Assembly (NCBI GenBank): GCA_963422395.1 | Contig: OY729431.1 | Span: 1,024,001 to 1,088,000, forward strand | Direction: 5' to 3' | DNA length: 64,000 nucleotides | Source: Vicinamibacteria bacterium | GTDB lineage: Bacteria > Acidobacteriota > Vicinamibacteria > Marinacidobacterales > Marinacidobacteraceae | Shown here: piece by piece, positions 17,369 through 27,989 of the stretch | How positions within the stretch are numbered: the stretch's first letter is position 1 | Layout of the letters: the number at the start of each line of letters is the position of its first letter | Made by a program: the position numbers and the translations under genes | Notes under the pieces: model-generated | Told to the model about the DNA's origin: nothing | Databases searched by the model: none | What the model saw: the letters and a program-made list of their open reading frames with translations, nothing else

Positions 17369-20300
17369 TCAGGCGGTGCCGATGCCAGCGGAGGCGTTCT
17401 GGCGGGTCAGCACCCCGTTCTCCAGCGTGAGGCTGTCGCTCGAAGACACCGGCACCCGGGGGCCGGGGAACAGGATGCCGGAAAGGTTCAACGGGTCGGC
17501 GGCGCCGAGGGTGAGCGGTTCGCGCGCCCGTCGTTCGGCACCGGAGCCGCCATCGCGCCGGATCCGGCGCAGCGTCTCCACTGCTTCGGGGAGCGCGAAC
17601 TGCTCCCCGGCGAAAGCGGTCACGAATTGCCCGCCGACGACTTCGCCGCGCATCTCGAGCCGCCGCAGGGCGAGCTGCAGCCGCCGCCAGCGGCCTTCGA
17701 GCCGTTCCCGCTTCAGCAGGTCGCGGAAGAGGACCCCCCAGCGGTCGAGCAGCTTGCGGGCGAGCGCCTCGTCGGAGTCCGGACCGTCGGAGGCCGTCGC
17801 TTCGCCCGCTTCTTCGGGAGCCTGCGGGCCGAGCAGCGCCCAGCGGCCCGGCGCGTAGCGAGCCTTCCGCCGCCGATACCGGCCGAAGGCGGTTCGCCGG
17901 CGGGGATCCATGAGCGCCCGCAGATTGTCGAAGCCGTCCGCGGTCACTCTCCCCCAGGCGGCGAGCTCCCAGAGTGCATCTTCGAGCACCGCCGGAAGCA
18001 GCCCCGAGGCGCCCTCGAGCTCGGCGAAGAACTGCGCCCCGCGCGCCTCGAGCAGCGACAGAACCTTTTGCGCCGCGCCCGAGAGCCGCTTGAGGTTCTC
18101 GGTGCGCGGCGTGAGCCAGAGCGCGAGGTCTCGACGCAGGAGCAATGCGATGGGAGCGGCCCGGGTAGGGCGGGCGGCGCGCGCCCCGGATTCTTCCGCC
18201 GCGGACATCCGGCCCCAGACCACCTCCCCGGAGAGGCAGTTCTCGTCGAGCCAGTCTCGCCGGTAGCCCTCGACCCGGAGCGGCAGGATCCGCGATTCCC
18301 AAGCAGCCGCCGGCGCTTCGAGGCCCTGGAGCTGGGCGAGGACGCGCTGCACTCCCCGCGGGCCGCGGAGCCGGGTTCCCGGGGCCGCGTGCTGCCAGGC
18401 AGTGAGGAAGTCGAAGAGCACGGCGGCGCTCACCGGCGCCGATTCGCGCCGGAGCCGGGCGAGGGTCAGCCGGTGGATCCGCGCCAGTACCCGCCGGTGG
18501 CACCACTCGATGGGCGCTCCGCTCGCTCGGGGAGCGCGGAAGCGGCCCTGCAGCACCACGCCTTCCGCCTCGAGCAGGGTGAGGGCGGCGGTAGTCTCTT
18601 CCTCGGGGAGGGCGAGCCGCGCCGCGAGCCCGGCCGCCGTAACCGGACCCGAACAGTCCAGCGTCCCCCGGAGAACGGCGGCCAGGGCTCCGGCGCGGGT
18701 GTCCGGGATTCCGCCAGCCTCGACGGAGCTGCCGCCCGGAACTCCGGCAGGGGCTCCCTCGGGCCAGACGGCGCGGGCCAGTGCGAGGCGTTCGACGGCG
18801 ACCCACAGGCGCCGCCCCGCAGCAGCCGAAGAGGTCCCTGTCCGGGAGGCTCCCGCCTGGAAGGCCGCGGCTCGCCCGCCGGCCTCGAGCTTCCGAAACC
18901 ACTCCGACCATTCGCGCTGCTCGGGCATCGCTCCGAGGGTGAGCAGGGCGTCGTGCAGTTCCTCGCGGTCCCGGACCTCCGGCGCGGCTTCGGCTTCCGC
19001 CCGCCGGATCGCCTCCGGATCGAGTACCGCTTCGGGATCGAGCGCCGGGGGGAGCGCGCTCCGCATCCGCACCGCCCGGGCTCGGCGCTCCTCGAGCGGG
19101 GCGGGGTCGAGGAAGGCGAAGGGGTTGGCGTTCAGGATCTCGGCGGCGAAGGGCGACGGCTCGACGGTGTCCACCCAGGCCGTACGCAGGGCGCCGCTGC
19201 CGAGGTCTTCGAGTACCCGGGTCAGCCCTTCGAGGTCCATCGCGTCTCGCAGGCAGTCGGAGATCGCCTCGTCCACCAGCGGGTGCTTCGGGATTCGCAC
19301 TTCGCCGGCGAGGTTCTCGGCGCACGCCGCCTGATCGGGGAACACGGCAGCGAGCAGATCGTCGGTGAGCATCCGCTGCAGCGGCGGCGGCACCCGCTGT
19401 CCGCGGCGGCGCCGAGGAACCGCCAGCGCGCGGGAGACGGTCCAGCGCCAGCGCACGGAGAACAGCGGGACGCCGAGCACCGCCTGGGTGAGCACCGCTT
19501 CGACGGTCTCGGGACGGAGGAAGGAGAACACCGACGCCAGCGGGAACGAGTGGAGGTCGGTGAGCGAGATGACGATGCCGTCGTCGGTCGCCGCCGCCTG
19601 GAGTTCCAGGTCGAAGGAGCGGCAGAAACGTTTCCGCAGCGCGAGCCCCCAGGCCCGGTTGATCCGGCTGCCGAAGGGAGCGTGGAGGACGAGCTGCATC
19701 CCGCCGGAGTCGTCGAAGAACCGCTCGGCGACGACGGTGCGCTGGCTGGGCAGGGCGCCGAGCGCAGCGCGCCCGGCGGCGAGGTAGCGGATCACCTGGT
19801 CGGCTCCCGCGGCGTCGAGCCCGGCAGCACCGGTCAGGAAGGCGGCCGCCGCTGCCGGCGGGCTGCGGTCCACCCGCTCCCGGAGCTCCGAGACCCGGGC
19901 GCTCAGCTCGGCGGTGCGTCCGGGCGCTTCCCCCCTCCAGAAGGGGATCGTCGGTGCGGCGCCCTGCGCGTCCTCGACCCGCACTTGCCCCTTTCCGATA
20001 CGCCGGATTCGCCAGGAGGTGGTGCCCAGCAGGAAGACATCCCCGCGGTAGCTCTCGATCGCGAAGTCCTCGTCGAGCTGTCCCACGACGCGGTCGTCGG
20101 GCTCGGCGACCACCTGGTACTGCGCGGTCTCCGGGATCGCCCCGCCGCTCTCGATGGCCGCCATCCGGGCGCCGCGCCGGGCGCGGACGGTTCCAGCGAC
20201 CGAATCCCGGTGGAGATACGCCCCCCGCCGGCCTCTGGAGGTGGCGACGCCTTCGGCGAGCATGGAGATCACCGCATCGAAGGCGCCGCGCTCCAGGTTT

Positions 20301-21748
20301 CGGTAGGGAAAGGCACGGCGTGCGAGGGCGAAGAGTTCGTCGAGCGCGTGGTGCTCCTCCGGGGCGGCGGCGGTCTCGGCGACGATCTGCTGGGCGAGGA
20401 TGTCCAGCGGAGCCTCGGGAATGCGGATCCGGTCCAGTTCTCCGGAGGCCGCCGCGGCCGCCAGCGCCGCGCACTCGACGAGATCGTCGCGGGTCGTCGG
20501 AAAGAGCCTTCCTTTCGGAGTCGCCCCGAGCCAGTGGCCGGAGCGTCCCACCCGCTGCAAGGCGACCGCGATGGAGCGCGGGGAGCCGAGCTGGCAGACG
20601 AGATCCACCGAGCCCACATCGATTCCGAGTTCCAGCGAGGCGGTGGCGACGATGGCGCGGACCTCGCCGGCGGCTAGCCTCCGTTCGGCTTCGAGACGGA
20701 CTTCGCGGGCGAGGCTGCCATGGTGGGCGAGGACCGATCCGGCGTCGATTTTCTCGCTGAGCGCGTGGGTCAGCCGCTCCGCCATCCGGCGGGTGTTCAC
20801 GAAGACCAGCGTGGTGCGGTGCTCCGCGATCAGCGCGGCGATCCGGTCGCGGAGATCCTCCATGATCTCGTGGGTGGCGACCGCCCCGAGCTCGCCGCCG
20901 GGAACCTCGACCCTGAGGTCCAGCTCCCGGAGGTGGCCCACGGCGACCACCGTGGGTCCGCCGGGAGCAGATTTGCCCGGTGTATCGAGTCCGCTCGTCT
21001 CGGGCTCGCTGGTTTCGGTTTCGGGGAGGTGCGGGCTCAGGAAGCGGGCGGCGGCGGCGAGCGGCCGTACGGTGGCCGAGAGACCGATGCGCTGAAGGGG
21101 GCGGCCGGCAGGAGAAGCCCCGGAAGGAGAAACCGGAAGGTCCGCTGGCCGTTCCGACCGTTCCCCCGGTTCCAGTCGAACCAGCCGCTCCAGCCGTTCC
21201 AGCGAGAGCGCGAGGTGGCTTCCCCGTTTGTCGCGGGCCAGGGCGTGGATTTCGTCCACGATCACGGTGTCGGCGGTGCTGAGCAGCCGGCGCCCGCCCG
21301 CGGCGGTGAGCAGCAGGTAGAGGGACTCGGGGGTGGTGACCAGGATGTGGGGCGGTTTCCGGAGCATCCGGGCTCGGTCGGCAGCCGGGGTGTCGCCGGT
21401 CCGGAGCGCGGCGCGGACCGGCGAGGCGCCGCCGCTGCGGGCGGCGATCTCCGCCAGCGGGGTTTCGAGATTTCGGCGGATGTCGGCGGAAAGCGCCTTG
21501 AGCGGCGACACATAGACCACGCGGGTAGCGTCTTCGAGCCCGCCGCTGCGCGCCTCGCGGGTCAGCCGATCGATGGCGAAGAGGAAAGCGGCGAGCGTCT
21601 TCCCGGAACCGGTCGGAGCCGTGATCAGCACATCGCCGCCGCCGGCGATCGCCGGCCAGCCCTCGATCTGCGGCTCCGTGGGAGATGCGAAACGTTCTCG
21701 GAACCAGCTGGCCACCGCCGGATCGAAGCGGGAGAGCGGGTCTGTCAA
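17369..21748 (-). CDS. lhr: Full-length Lhr-family ATP-dependent helicase (TTG start)
   Basis: APTGSGKT, SPLKAL, TTPESL, DEIH, HHGSL, SLELGIDVG, QRVGRSGH, long C-terminal domain (GEQFA..AADPLN). Confidence 0.93.
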   Translation of the reverse strand: MTDPLSRFDPAVASWFRERFASPTEPQIEGWPAIAGGGDVLITAPTGSGKTLAAFLFAIDRLTREARSGGLEDATRVVYVSPLKALSADIRRNLETPLAEIAARSGGASPVRAALRTGDTPAADRARMLRKPPHILVTTPESLYLLLTAAGGRRLLSTADTVIVDEIHALARDKRGSHLALSLERLERLVRLEPGERSERPADLPVSPSGASPAGRPLQRIGLSATVRPLAAAARFLSPHLPETETSEPETSGLDTPGKSAPGGPTVVAVGHLRELDLRVEVPGGELGAVATHEIMEDLRDRIAALIAEHRTTLVFVNTRRMAERLTHALSEKIDAGSVLAHHGSLAREVRLEAERRLAAGEVRAIVATASLELGIDVGSVDLVCQLGSPRSIAVALQRVGRSGHWLGATPKGRLFPTTRDDLVECAALAAAAASGELDRIRIPEAPLDILAQQIVAETAAAPEEHHALDELFALARRAFPYRNLERGAFDAVISMLAEGVATSRGRRGAYLHRDSVAGTVRARRGARMAAIESGGAIPETAQYQVVAEPDDRVVGQLDEDFAIESYRGDVFLLGTTSWRIRRIGKGQVRVEDAQGAAPTIPFWRGEAPGRTAELSARVSELRERVDRSPPAAAAAFLTGAAGLDAAGADQVIRYLAAGRAALGALPSQRTVVAERFFDDSGGMQLVLHAPFGSRINRAWGLALRKRFCRSFDLELQAAATDDGIVISLTDLHSFPLASVFSFLRPETVEAVLTQAVLGVPLFSVRWRWTVSRALAVPRRRRGQRVPPPLQRMLTDDLLAAVFPDQAACAENLAGEVRIPKHPLVDEAISDCLRDAMDLEGLTRVLEDLGSGALRTAWVDTVEPSPFAAEILNANPFAFLDPAPLEERRARAVRMRSALPPALDPEAVLDPEAIRRAEAEAAPEVRDREELHDALLTLGAMPEQREWSEWFRKLEAGGRAAAFQAGASRTGTSSAAAGRRLWVAVERLALARAVWPEGAPAGVPGGSSVEAGGIPDTRAGALAAVLRGTLDCSGPVTAAGLAARLALPEEETTAALTLLEAEGVVLQGRFRAPRASGAPIEWCHRRVLARIHRLTLARLRRESAPVSAAVLFDFLTAWQHAAPGTRLRGPRGVQRVLAQLQGLEAPAAAWESRILPLRVEGYRRDWLDENCLSGEVVWGRMSAAEESGARAARPTRAAPIALLLRRDLALWLTPRTENLKRLSGAAQKVLSLLEARGAQFFAELEGASGLLPAVLEDALWELAAWGRVTADGFDNLRALMDPRRRTAFGRYRRRKARYAPGRWALLGPQAPEEAGEATASDGPDSDEALARKLLDRWGVLFRDLLKRERLEGRWRRLQLALRRLEMRGEVVGGQFVTAFAGEQFALPEAVETLRRIRRDGGSGAERRAREPLTLGAADPLNLSGILFPGPRVPVSSSDSLTLENGVLTRQNASAGIGTA

Positions 21749-21941
21749 GGGGAAAGGGCGAGAAAATGAGGTGAGAGGAAGAGGAAAAGAGGATACGACC
21801 GCGCCGGGCGGGGACGGCTCGTATTTCGGCTTGGGGAGGTCCGTTTTTCGGGAGCGGCCGTTCCTATAATCGGATCATGGGTTCGGACCGGCGCGGGCAG
21901 CCGGTATCTGCGGGGGGCGCGTACCGCGAGGAGGGGCTTCG

Positions 21942-23225
21942 GTGAGTGCCGCGGAGAAGGCGGCGTCCGGTCCGCTGGGACGGGAGGCCCTCCTGGAGTG
22001 CGACCGCGCCGATCCGCTCGCCCGATTCCGCGACCGTTTTCGCCTCCCGGAGGGGGTGCTCTACCTCGACGGCAACTCGCTCGGGCCGCCGCCGCGGGCC
22101 ATGATGGAGCGCGCCGAACGGCTGATCGCCGGCGAGTGGGGGGAGGACCTCATCGCCTCCTGGAACCGGAACGGTTGGTTCCGGCTGCCCGAGCGGGTGG
22201 GCGCCCGGCTCGCGCCGCTGCTCGGAGCCGGCGAGGACGAGGTGATCGCCGCCGATTCGGTCTCGGTCAATCTGTTCAAGCTGCTCGGAGCGCTGCTCCG
22301 TCTCGCCGGAGGCCGAGGGGTGGTGCTGGCGGACGAGGGTGACTTCCCGACGGATCGCTATATGGCGGAGGGGCTGGTCCGCTTCCTCGAGGCCGGGGGA
22401 GTGGAGGGTGGCGGCGCCCGGCTGCGTCTCGTCCCTGCCGAAGATTTCGAGGGGGAGATCGGGCCCGAGGTCGCGGTGGCGTTGCTCAGCCAGGTCGATT
22501 TCCGCAGCGGCCGGATGCGCGATCTGCGGCGGCTGACCCGGGCGGCGCGGGAACGGGGCGTCCCGCTGATCTGGGATCTCTCCCACAGCGCCGGCGCGGT
22601 CCCGCTCCGGCTCCGCGAGGACGGTGTCGAGTTCGCCGTCGGCTGCGGCTACAAGTACCTGAACGGCGGTCCGGGGGCACCCGGTTTCCTCTATGTGGCG
22701 CGAGAACGCCAGGACGCGCTCCAATCGCCCCTCACCGGCTGGATGGGGCATTCTCATCCCTTCGCCTTCGCTGCCGGCTACCAGCCGGCGCCGGGAATGC
22801 GGCGTTTCCTGGTCGGCACGCCTCCGATCCTCTCCCTGGCCGCCTTCGAGGAAGGGCTGCGCAGTTTCGAGGGGGTGGATCTCGGGAATCTCCGCGAAAA
22901 GAGCGAAGCGCTCGGGGACCTGTTCCTGTGCCTCGCCGAGGAACGGCTCTCCGGATTCGGAGTGACGGCGGCGAGCCCTCGGGAGGCCCGCGAGCGCGGC
23001 AGCCAGGTGTCGCTCCGCCATCCGGATGCCTACCCGGTGATGCAGGCGCTCATCGCCCGAGGCGTAGTCGGCGACTTTCGGGAACCGGATCTCCTCCGCT
23101 TCGGACTCGCGCCGCTCTATGTCCGCTATCGGGACATCGGGGACGCGGTGGAAGCGCTCCGACAGGTACTCGCGGGCGGAGAGCACCGGGAGCCGCGCTT
23201 TCGAAAACGCAACCCGGTGACCTGA
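21942..23225 (+). CDS. kynU: Kynureninase
   Basis: YLDGNSLG, WDLSHSAG, PLP lysine GCGYKYLNGGPG, RGSQVS, VVGDFREPD. Confidence 0.95.
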   Translation: MSAAEKAASGPLGREALLECDRADPLARFRDRFRLPEGVLYLDGNSLGPPPRAMMERAERLIAGEWGEDLIASWNRNGWFRLPERVGARLAPLLGAGEDEVIAADSVSVNLFKLLGALLRLAGGRGVVLADEGDFPTDRYMAEGLVRFLEAGGVEGGGARLRLVPAEDFEGEIGPEVAVALLSQVDFRSGRMRDLRRLTRAARERGVPLIWDLSHSAGAVPLRLREDGVEFAVGCGYKYLNGGPGAPGFLYVARERQDALQSPLTGWMGHSHPFAFAAGYQPAPGMRRFLVGTPPILSLAAFEEGLRSFEGVDLGNLREKSEALGDLFLCLAEERLSGFGVTAASPREARERGSQVSLRHPDAYPVMQALIARGVVGDFREPDLLRFGLAPLYVRYRDIGDAVEALRQVLAGGEHREPRFRKRNPVT

Positions 23226-23920
23226 TTCCGGCGCGAAGCGCCGGGCGGTCCGGGAACGGGGCGTTTTCTCTCGTGCCACAGGGGTGCGGGGGGCGACACG
23301 AGATCACGCCCCGCCCGAGAGAGTCGCGATCTCCGTTGCGGCCTAGAAAACATCTGATGCGGCCGAAGCTGTGCTTCGGGCGCGGCGCGGTGGGGGAAAG
23401 TGTGAAAGGGGGTTCACCCCCGTTCACGAATTGGTGACACCGAATCGCACTCGCTGCCGCCACGCTTCCAGCGTGACGGCGAACCGGGTTCGAGGAGCGG
23501 AGGGAGCGGCAGGAGTGCGATTCCCGGCGCGAAGCGGCGGGCGGCCCGGGAAGGGGGCGTTTTCTCTCGTGCCACAGGGGTGTGGGGCGCAACACGAGAT
23601 CACGCCCCGCCCGAGAGAGTTTCGACTTTCCTCTGCGGCCCAGAAAACATCTGATGCGGCCGAAGCTGTGCTTCGGGCGCGGCGCGGTGGGGGAAAGTGT
23701 GAAAGGGGGTTCACCCCCGTTCACGAATTGGTGACACCGAATCGCACTCGCTGCCGCCACGCTTCCAGCGTGACGGCGAACCGGGTTCGAGGAGCGGAGG
23801 GAGCGGCAGGAGTGCGATTCCCGGCACGAAGCGGCGGGCGGTCCGGGAACGGGGCGTTTTCTCTCGTGCCACAGGGGTGCGGGGGACAACACGAAATCAC
23901 GCCCCGTTCCCGGCCCGCTC
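23224..23920 (+). repeat. Repeat family A, locus 1: about 2.3 head-to-tail copies of a 297-bp multi-hairpin unit
   Basis: Palindrome GTGAAAGGGGGTTCACCCCCGTTCAC at 23402-23427 and 23699-23724 (period 297). Overlaps the kynU and selB stop codons. Confidence 0.95.
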
Positions 23921-25861
23921 GGCCCGGATGCGCCTCCGGTTGCCGATCCGCACCGTGACCCGTTCCCGGTCCAGCCACTCGAGCAGCGGGATCGCGTATT
24001 TCCGACTCAAGTCGAAGTTCTCCTTGAACCAGCCTACCGAGATCTCGGGTGTGCTCTTCTGACCGGCCTCGGCGCCGAGCGCGCCGTGGTCCACCACCGC
24101 CTGCCGCAGCCGGGCGAGGTGTTCGGCGTCGAAGTAGAGATCGGGGCTGACCGCCACCGCCCGGCCCTCGCGCTCCAGCAACCGGCGCAGCGCGGAAACG
24201 AGCGCCAGCGGCGCTCGGAGCGCGGTCGCTGCCTCGGCGAGGGTAGGGGGCGCGACTCCCCGTTCCGAAAGGAGTCGGACGAAGCCGTCGGACACCCGCT
24301 GCTCCGCTGCAGTCAGCTCGATCCGCCGCCCGGCGCTCTCCACCGTGTCCTGGGTTCGCTCCACCGCCCCGTCTCTCGCGAGCCGATCCAGGAGGCCGCC
24401 GGTGACCGCGGGGGAGATGCCCGCCTGTTCCCGGAGTTGTTCGACCGCCATCCCCGCCCGCAGGCGGTGGTTCGCTTCCCAGGTGGAGAGCAGGGTGAGC
24501 ATCCGGGCTTCGAGAGACGAGACGCTCGCTGCCGCGAGCAGGGTTCGTGCTTCTCCGGCGCCGAAGCTCACGAGCTGGCAGCGCCCTTCGAGCGCCCGGA
24601 CCACTTCCGCCGCCGCCGCCGGTCGGAGTCCGAGCCGCGGGGCGAGTTCGGCCTCGCTCGTTCCCCGCGGGCCGGCTTCCGCAGCGAAGGCGATGGCGGC
24701 GGCCGCATCGTCTCTGCCTTCGAGCGCGGCCACCGCAGCCCGTCCCCGCCGGCTTCCGGGAGACCGCTTCGGCGGGGAGGCATCGAGCACCGTGCCTCCG
24801 CCGATGGTGATCACCGGAGAGTAGCGGCGGATGATGTAGCGGTCGCCCCGCACCGCGGCGAGAGGGGTCTCGAGACGGAACTGGACGAAGTCGGACTCGC
24901 CCGCGGGGAGCTGTTTCCGGCCGCCGAGCAGGCGCGCCCGGGCGAGGACTGCGGCGGCGCCGAGGTGCAGATGCACGCGGTCTTCGTCCCGGAGCGGCCC
25001 TGCGGCCCCGTCGAGCAGTTCGAGCCTGGCGTCGAGCATCCGGGTGGCTCGGAGCTCCCCCGGTGCGGCGACCAGCGCCCCCCGCTCGGGGCGCAGCCGG
25101 CCGCCGGCGCGGCCGCTCCCGGCGAGGTTCAGGGCAGCCCGCTGCCCGGCGCTGGCGGCGGCGGCGGCTTCGCCGTGCACCTGCAGCCCCCGCACCCGGG
25201 CACGCTCCCCGCCGGGGAGGATCTCGACTTCTTCCCCGATCGCGGTCCGGCCGGAGGTGAGGGTGCCGGTGACCACCGTGCCGAAGCCGCGCATGGTGAA
25301 GGCGCGGTCCACCGGAAGCCGGAACGGGCGGTCCGTTTCCCGAGATCCGATCGTAGCGGCCGCCTCTTCGAGCGCGGCGAGCAGCCGGTCGAGCCCGGCG
25401 CCGGTCCGGGAGGACACCGGCAGGATCGGCGCCCCGGCCATTGCGTTCCCGGAGAGCAGTTCACTGACTTCGAGGCCGGCGATTTCGATGAGCTCCGGAT
25501 CGTCCACCAGATCGGTCCGGGTGAGCGCGACCACCGCGCGTTCGACGCCCAGCAGGCGGCAGATCTCGATGTGCTCGCGGGTCTGGGGCATCACCGACTC
25601 GTCGGCTGCCACCGCGAGCAGCACGACATCGAAACCGGCAGCGCCCGCCAGCATGTTCCGCACGAAGCGTTCGTGGCCGGGAACATCCACGAAGCCATAG
25701 GTGACGCCCCCGCGCTCCAGGTGGGCGAACCCCAGATCCACCGTGATTCCCCGCGCCTTCTCCTCTTCGAGCCGGTCCGGATCGATCCCGGTGAGCGCGA
25801 GCACCAGCGAGCTCTTGCCGTGGTCTATGTGGCCGGCGGTACCGACCACGAGGTGCCGCAT
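23897..25861 (-). CDS. selB: Selenocysteine-specific elongation factor SelB
   Basis: [40 protein letters not shown]-terminal winged-helix [11 protein letters not shown]. Confidence 0.97.
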   Translation of the reverse strand: MRHLVVGTAGHIDHGKSSLVLALTGIDPDRLEEEKARGITVDLGFAHLERGGVTYGFVDVPGHERFVRNMLAGAAGFDVVLLAVAADESVMPQTREHIEICRLLGVERAVVALTRTDLVDDPELIEIAGLEVSELLSGNAMAGAPILPVSSRTGAGLDRLLAALEEAAATIGSRETDRPFRLPVDRAFTMRGFGTVVTGTLTSGRTAIGEEVEILPGGERARVRGLQVHGEAAAAASAGQRAALNLAGSGRAGGRLRPERGALVAAPGELRATRMLDARLELLDGAAGPLRDEDRVHLHLGAAAVLARARLLGGRKQLPAGESDFVQFRLETPLAAVRGDRYIIRRYSPVITIGGGTVLDASPPKRSPGSRRGRAAVAALEGRDDAAAAIAFAAEAGPRGTSEAELAPRLGLRPAAAAEVVRALEGRCQLVSFGAGEARTLLAAASVSSLEARMLTLLSTWEANHRLRAGMAVEQLREQAGISPAVTGGLLDRLARDGAVERTQDTVESAGRRIELTAAEQRVSDGFVRLLSERGVAPPTLAEAATALRAPLALVSALRRLLEREGRAVAVSPDLYFDAEHLARLRQAVVDHGALGAEAGQKSTPEISVGWFKENFDLSRKYAIPLLEWLDRERVTVRIGNRRRIRAERAGNGA

Positions 25862-25975
25862 GAGCGCCGGATTCTAGGGCCCGGCTCTCTCGGTCGGCCC
25901 CGGCTTCCCGGCTCGTCGGGATAATCCTCTCGCCATCGCTTTATTTCCGCCTCGTTCCGAACGGAGGACCCGGCC

Positions 25976-26890
25976 ATGTTCTTCAGTCCGCCCCTGCTGC
26001 TCGTTTTGCTCGCGGCTTTCACCCTGCTCCCCGCCCTGTTGCCTGCCCGCGTTCCCGCGCCGGCTGTTGCCGCCGGTACCGCCGGGCAAGCGCCCGCGAG
26101 AGGCCCCGAGAAGGGGTCGCTGGTGATCGTGGGCGGAGCACTCCGCGACGAAGCGATCCTCGAGCGCTTCCTGAACCTCGCCGGCGGCGAGGACGCTCCC
26201 CTCGTGATCATCCCGACGGCGGGCGGCGAAGACGACTATGACGAGTGGTACTCCGGAGCCCGGCGTTTCCGGGCACTCGGTGCCGGCGACCTCACCGTTC
26301 TCCACACCTGGGACCGCGAGGAGGCCGACCGGGAGGATTTCGTCGCTCCCATCACCCGGGCGCGGGGGGTGTGGTTCCCCGGCGGCCGGCAGTGGCGGCT
26401 GGTGGACGCCTATGCCGGCACCCGCACCGAGCGCGAACTCCACGCGCTGCTCGCCCGCGGCGGAGTGATCGGCGGGTCGTCGGCAGGAGCCACCATCCAG
26501 GGCGAGTACCTCGCCCGCGGCGACACCAGCAGCAACACGATCATGATGGGAGACCATGAGGAGGGCTTCGGCTTCCTGCGTGGGGTCGCCATCGATCAGC
26601 ACCTGCTGGTGCGGAATCGACATTTCGATCTCCTCGAGATCCTCTCGGCGCGTCCCGAGCTGCTCGGCATCGGGATCGACGAGGACACTGCGATCGTGGT
26701 GCGCGGCAACCGTTTCGAGGTGATCGGCCAAGGCTATGTCGCCATCTACGACAACACGCGGATCTTGCCGAACGGCGGCGGCTTCTACTTCCTGATGCCG
26801 GGAGACCGGTACGACCTCGAGACCCGGGAGCCGCTCCGCCTCGAGTTCGGGGACGGTGCGTTCGCCACCACGGTCCGCAAGAAGCGGTGA
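25976..26890 (+). CDS. Secreted cyanophycinase-like peptidase S51
   Basis: Signal peptide, IPTA, GGRQWRL, nucleophile GSSAG, IDQH, GIDEDT. Confidence 0.88.
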   Translation: MFFSPPLLLVLLAAFTLLPALLPARVPAPAVAAGTAGQAPARGPEKGSLVIVGGALRDEAILERFLNLAGGEDAPLVIIPTAGGEDDYDEWYSGARRFRALGAGDLTVLHTWDREEADREDFVAPITRARGVWFPGGRQWRLVDAYAGTRTERELHALLARGGVIGGSSAGATIQGEYLARGDTSSNTIMMGDHEEGFGFLRGVAIDQHLLVRNRHFDLLEILSARPELLGIGIDEDTAIVVRGNRFEVIGQGYVAIYDNTRILPNGGGFYFLMPGDRYDLETREPLRLEFGDGAFATTVRKKR

Positions 26891-27049
26891 GCTGCGGAGG
26901 CTCGATCTCGGGACCTGGGAGCGCCTGGGCCGCTTCCGGCGCCGGATCGATCTGCGGTTGCCCGAGCGGACGCTGCGCCTGCGCCCGGCAACGGCCTGCG
27001 GCGAACCACTCCGGGGGGTTGGCCGCCGGCAGCAGCCGGCGGAGCGCGG

Positions 27050-27922
27050 TTAGCCGATTTCGCTCTTCGACGGGGGTGGAGGACTGTCGCCCGGCACCGC
27101 CGGCTGGATGACGAAGCTGCCGTCTTCGAGCCGCATCGCGGTCAGCGACCCTCCCCAGACGCAGCCCGAATCCAGGCAGACGGCGTGCTCCGACACCATG
27201 AGGCCGAGCGCCGCCCAGTGGCCGAAGAGCACCCGCAGCCCTCCGGGCGCGGGGGACCTCTCGAAACCCGACTTTCCGAAGTTCGACTTCTCGAACCAGG
27301 GCCGGTAGCCGGCGGGGATCGCCTCCGGGGGGCCGTCGAAGGCGAACTCGGGGGCCCCCTCGCGATCCACGATGCGGAGACGGGTGAACGCCGACGCCGC
27401 CCGGGCACCGTCCGCGGCGGCCGGAGAAACCGGCCCCCTCTCGGCAGCCTCTCCGCGCAACGCATAGAGCGCATCGAGAAAACCGCGGCGGTCCTGCCGG
27501 AGCGCCCGCCTGGCGAGCTCGGCGCCGCGCTCGATGTCGTCGAGGGTCCAGTCCGGCGGTACCCCCGCGTGCACCAGCAGCTCGCGGCCCTCGCGGTGGA
27601 CGAACGGGCGGTCCGCCAGCCAGTCGCACAGCGCACCCGCATCCGCTGCTTCGAGTACCGGGTCCAGCGTGTCCCGGCGGCGGGCGCCGAGGATTCCTTC
27701 GTACCGAGCGAGCAGGTGCAGGTCGTGGTTCCCGAGCACCGAGACCACCGAGTCGCCCTGATCCCGCACCCAACGGAGGGTTCCCAGAGAATCGGGGCCG
27801 CGGTTCCCGAGGTCGCCGACGAGCCACATCCGGTCGCGTTCCGCCCGCCAGGAAATCCGGCGGAGCAGCGCCCGAAAGGTGCTAAAACACCCGTGCACAT
27901 CGCCGACGACCCAAGTTGTCAT
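27050..27922 (-). CDS. apaH: Symmetrical bis(5'-nucleosyl)-tetraphosphatase
   Basis: GDVHGC, GDLGNRG, LGNHDLH, VHAG, FGHWAALG, LDSGCVWG. Confidence 0.93.
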   Translation of the reverse strand: MTTWVVGDVHGCFSTFRALLRRISWRAERDRMWLVGDLGNRGPDSLGTLRWVRDQGDSVVSVLGNHDLHLLARYEGILGARRRDTLDPVLEAADAGALCDWLADRPFVHREGRELLVHAGVPPDWTLDDIERGAELARRALRQDRRGFLDALYALRGEAAERGPVSPAAADGARAASAFTRLRIVDREGAPEFAFDGPPEAIPAGYRPWFEKSNFGKSGFERSPAPGGLRVLFGHWAALGLMVSEHAVCLDSGCVWGGSLTAMRLEDGSFVIQPAVPGDSPPPPSKSEIG

Positions 27923-27989
27923 TCGACGAAAGGCTAGTTGACAGCGCGCGGCGAAAGAAGCTCTCTTCGCCGCCGGCCCTCTTTCTCCG

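Noticed and set aside
23224-23920. Possible CRISPR array
   Set aside because: The whole 297-bp unit repeats; there are no unique spacers and no cas genes.
23050-23958. Repeat-protein ORFs (280 aa -, 195 aa +) arising because 297 is a multiple of 3
   Set aside because: Other copies have indels and a 250-bp period; variation preserves base pairing rather than codons.
23897-25976. selA/selC/selD next to selB
   Set aside because: No tRNA-Sec fold or SelA/SelD motifs were found anywhere in the window.
26887-27053. Coding-looking stretch (ELRRLDLGTWERL...) between the cyanophycinase and apaH
   Set aside because: No credible start or SD, short, and no recognisable domain; possibly a gene remnant but unsupported.
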